Source: Bilabrum cf. latius (Eukaryota). Taken from it: a DNA stretch of 64,000 nucleotides. Positions 60,316-64,000 of this stretch are shown piece after piece. A program made the position numbers and the translations under genes. The notes beneath the pieces are model-generated. The model was not told where the DNA came from. It saw only the letters and a list, made by a program, of their open reading frames with translations, and did not search any database. Each line of letters opens with the position of its first letter. Position 1 is the stretch's first letter. The stretch spans positions 124,001-188,000 of the forward strand of contig OZ237759.1 of the NCBI GenBank assembly GCA_965178125.1, written 5' to 3'.

Positions 60316-63300
60316 ATGAAGGCCGTGAGTTGTGCTGACTACTACCGCCACTGATATGGACCGCTGACTTGGCTTTGGAATGCTCTTGCGAGGTTGATTC
60401 TCAGAAGCACCGTTGATCGAGCATGCCCTTACTGTCGCAACCGTAGGCCACTCGGCGTGATGGTTCAGAGCCTGATTTCGCGCCTGACGTTCACTGCATA
60501 GGATGGAAACCAGGTGAGACTTTCAATACAAAGCGGAAGCACCAAGCATTCTGCTGAACTGCATCATCGTGCAATCAACTGTGCGGCCTATCCCTTCGCA
60601 GATGGGAGCTAGCTGATCGTGGCAGTCGGCAGAAGAGTACTGCAGTACGACATGCATGGGACTCTAATCCATGCGCTGCGAGGTCACAAGGGCGACGTTT
60701 ATTGCGTAGAGTGGAGCAACGATGGGCAACGGTTCGCATCTGGCGGAGCAGACAACGTTGTTTTCATTTGGAGTGGCAACGTGAGACTTCTGGGTTCGGC
60801 GTACACTGACATATGTGATGGACACGCACGCTTTAGCACTCGTTGTTTTCCAGGCAGCCTGCAAGCTCGCTCTAGGCACCAGTGCGAGACCGCCACTGTC
60901 ACTCTGGCACCTCGCCTGCTGCACAGAAATGCTGCCACGTCATTGCTTTGCCGTTCGCCCCAGTGGTAGTCGCACGCACTCCTACTACGCCCATAAGACT
61001 CGCCGCGATGCCCCTCTCTCACCGCAGGGGGAAGCCATCGTCAAGTACACGCACAACGAGGCCGTCCAGGCACTGGCGTTCAGCCCCACCTCGGGACAGC
61101 TCGTCTCGTGCTCCACCTCGGACATCGGGCTGTGGTCGCCGGACAGTGCCTCAGTCAACAAGATCCGCATCGGATCCAAGGCGCTGTGCGCGGCGTGGGC
61201 CATGGATGGTGAGGTCCTTGCGGTGGGCCACCAGGACGGCACGGTCACACTGCGCAACGCCTCGGATGGCAAAACAACGGCCCAGTTCCGGAGGGGCGGG
61301 CCCGTGTGGTGCCTCCAGTGGTCCCCGTCGCCCGAGGAGGCCTTTGCCATTCTGGCGGTGGGCGCGTGGGACTTCCCTGGGGAAGGGGGGGGCACGCTGA
61401 GCTTTTACCAGCAGAGCGGCAAGCAGCAGGGAGAGTCCGTCAAGCTTGGCTTCGACCCGACGAGCCTCAGCTTCTTCAGCGCGGGGGAGTACCTGGTGGT
61501 GGCGGGGTCCGACAAGAAGGCCTGGCTCTTCACCCGGGATGGGATCCGGCTGCACCACATCTGCGAGAAGAAGGACTGGGTGTGGACGGCAAAGCCCAAG
61601 CCGGGGACGGCCAAGGGGCACTTTGTCGCGGTGGGCACCGCCGATGGGAACCTGGCCATGCACCAGCTCATGTTCTCCACGGTGCACGGGCTGTACCAGG
61701 ACAGGTACGCGTACAGGGACGGCATGACGGACGTGATCGTGCAGCACATGGTCACGGAGCAGCGGGTCCGGCTCAAGCTAAGGGCGTACGTGAAGAAAAT
61801 ATCGGTCTACACGAATCGGCTCGCAGTGCAGCTGCCGGACAGCGTGCGCATCTACGAGTTGGCTGAGGGCGGAGACCAGTTTTCGATGCACTACCGGCCC
61901 ATGCGCCGCATCCAGCGGCCCATCGAGTGCAACCTGCTGGTGGTCACCTCGCAGCACGTGACCCTGTGCATGGAGAAGCGGCTGCAGCTGCTGTCGCTGG
62001 ACGGGGATACGGAGCGGGAGTGGGTGTTCGACGCGGTGATCCGGTACATCAAGGTGGTCGGGGGTCCCCCGGGGGCAGAGGCTCTCCTGGTGGGCCTGCG
62101 CAACGGCGCGGTGATGCAGGTGTTCGTGGGGAACCCCTTCCCGCTGGAGCTCGTGCGGCAGAAGACGTCCATCCGTTGCCTCGACCTCTCCCAGTCCAGG
62201 AAGAGGCTGGCCGTGGTGGACGACCAGACGAGGGTGTGCGTGTACGACGTGGGGACCAAGGAGCTCCTGTGGCAGGCCACGGGCGCCAACAGCGTGGCCT
62301 TCAATTCCAGCCACGAGGACAGCCTGTGCTTCTCCGGCGACAACCACCTGAGCATCAAGGTGGGGGACTTCCCCGTGGACAAGAGGCCCATGCCTGGGTT
62401 CGTGGTCGGGTTCAACCGGTCCATGGTGTACGTCCTGCACTTTGTGGCCATGCGCACCGTGGACGTGCCCCAGTCCACGGCCATGGCACGATACCTGGAG
62501 CTGGGCAAGCTGGACCGCGCGTACGACGCGGCGTGCCTGGGTGTCACGGACCAGGACTGGCGCACGCTGGGAGCCGCGGCCCTGCAGCAGGGCGACCTGC
62601 AGGTGGCCAAAGGGGCATACAGCCGAGTCAAGGACGCCCGCTTCCTGTCCCTGGTGTTCGAGTCGGAGACCAAGGAGGCTGCGGGCGGCGTGTCGCCGCA
62701 GGAGATCGCGGGGGAGGCACTGGCGTACGCCGGCAGGTTCAGCGAGGCCGCCAGGTCCTTCGTGAGGGCGAGCAAGCCGGAGCGGGCCGTGGACATGTTC
62801 GTGGACCTGCGGCTGTGGGCGGAGGCCAAGCGGCTGGCGCAGTCCACGGGCAGCGTGGACGTCGAGGGCCTGATGCTGCAGCAGGCAGGGACGCTCGAGG
62901 CGCAGGGGGACTACGCCGGGGCTGCCTCGGTGCTGGTGGCGGTGGGGCACCGCATCCGAGCCATCCACTTGTTCAAGGAAGCGGGGCAGTGGGTGTTCAT
63001 CGGGCAGATGGTCACCGATGCTGCCAACCACGTGCGCCGTGCGAAGCGCGGCCAGGTATTGCCGGCTGCGGCCTCGGGGGCTGGCGCGGATGCTCCCTCA
63101 GGCGAGGCCGGGTCGAGCAGCACTGGCGACCAGAAAGAGAGCCACGAGGAGGTGCTGCGCGCGGCCGCAGTTGCCCTTCGGTCCATCGGCACAGAGGGTG
63201 CCCTGTCTTCGGCCAGGGAGGCCTACGTGGCGCTGGGGGATGACTTGGGGCTGGCCACGCTGCTGGTGGCCATGAAGCGATGGGACGAGGCCAGCGCGCT

Positions 63301-64000
63301 GGCGGGGCGGGTGGCGCTGGAGGCTGCCGCGGGGGGCAGCGGGGGAGGCGCTGCTCCCGGGGATGCGGAGCGTCGGGCCCGCGAGCTGGCGGTGAAGGTG
63401 TTCTTGCCTCTGGCCGAGCACAGGGCGGTGGAGGGCGATTTCGAAGGGGCCCGGAGGGCGTACGAGCAGGCGGGGCGGCCGGACCTGGCCTCTGTGCTGC
63501 TGCGGGTGCTGCTGGACAACGCCATCAAGATGGACGAGCAGCAGCAGGCGGCAAGGCTGGCCTGGAGGCTGGCGGATGCCGAGATGGCGGTGGCGAGCGG
63601 GGCTCCTCTGGTGGCGGGCGGCAAAGAGGGCGAGGGCAAGGAGGCGGGGGAGGAGCTGGACGTGGAAGGCAAGTACGGCTCGGCCCTGGGACCGGAGCGG
63701 TACGGGGAAGCGGAGGGCCTGCGCCGGTGGTGGCTGCTGCGGCGGCGGGGGGACATGCACCTTGCCTTTGGCGCGGTCTCGGAGCTGTCGAGAGCCCCCT
63801 TCGCCAGGGAGGGCCCTGAGACGCTGCTGCACGCGGCGTGCTTCTTGGTGAACTGCATGGGGGTGTCCGAGGACAGCGCCAGGGAACAGTCGGAGGGGTG
63901 GGAGAGGGCGTGCGGGGGCGCGGGGGGCAGGGCACTGGACGCGTTGCTGGCTCCCCCCGAGGTGGGGGCGGGGGTGGGTTTGCACGAGCTGTGGGAGGAA
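60316..64000 (+). CDS. IFT122: Intraflagellar transport protein 122 (several 5' introns; continues beyond the window)
   Basis: LRGHKGDVYCV..RFASGGAD, KYTHNEAVQ, FSTVHGLYQDRYAYRDGMTDVIVQH, IRYIKVVGGPPGAE and ACLGVTDQDW; start position approximate. Confidence 0.9.

Noticed and set aside
1-64000. Suppressor tRNA(CUA) or other RNA genes
   Set aside because: No tRNA- or rRNA-like sequence was recognised by eye; tRNAscan-SE or Infernal would be needed to exclude them.

Overview
GC-rich, intron-poor nuclear DNA from a flagellated eukaryote (IFT122, IFT22 and CCDC40 are present; a bicosoecid/Cafeteria-like stramenopile is plausible but only inferred). The host uses a non-standard code: TAG is a sense codon, most likely Gln, while TAA and TGA remain stops. 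The supplied ORF track therefore fragments most genes. About 19 host genes flank a 17,168-bp AT-rich insertion at 32296-49463, bounded by long terminal inverted repeats (TIRs) and a 5-bp CCATG target-site duplication. Read with TAG=Gln, this apparently ORF-poor island is a seemingly intact endogenous mavirus-like virophage. It encodes an rve integrase with a chromodomain, an SF3 helicase, a protein-primed PolB, major and minor capsid proteins, a packaging ATPase, an adenain-like protease and about 10 accessory ORFs. The viral genes use the host's reassigned TAG heavily, including for the protease's expected oxyanion-hole Gln, and share conserved upstream motifs. All family calls come from motif recognition by eye, and gene coordinates from manual translation; no database searches were run.
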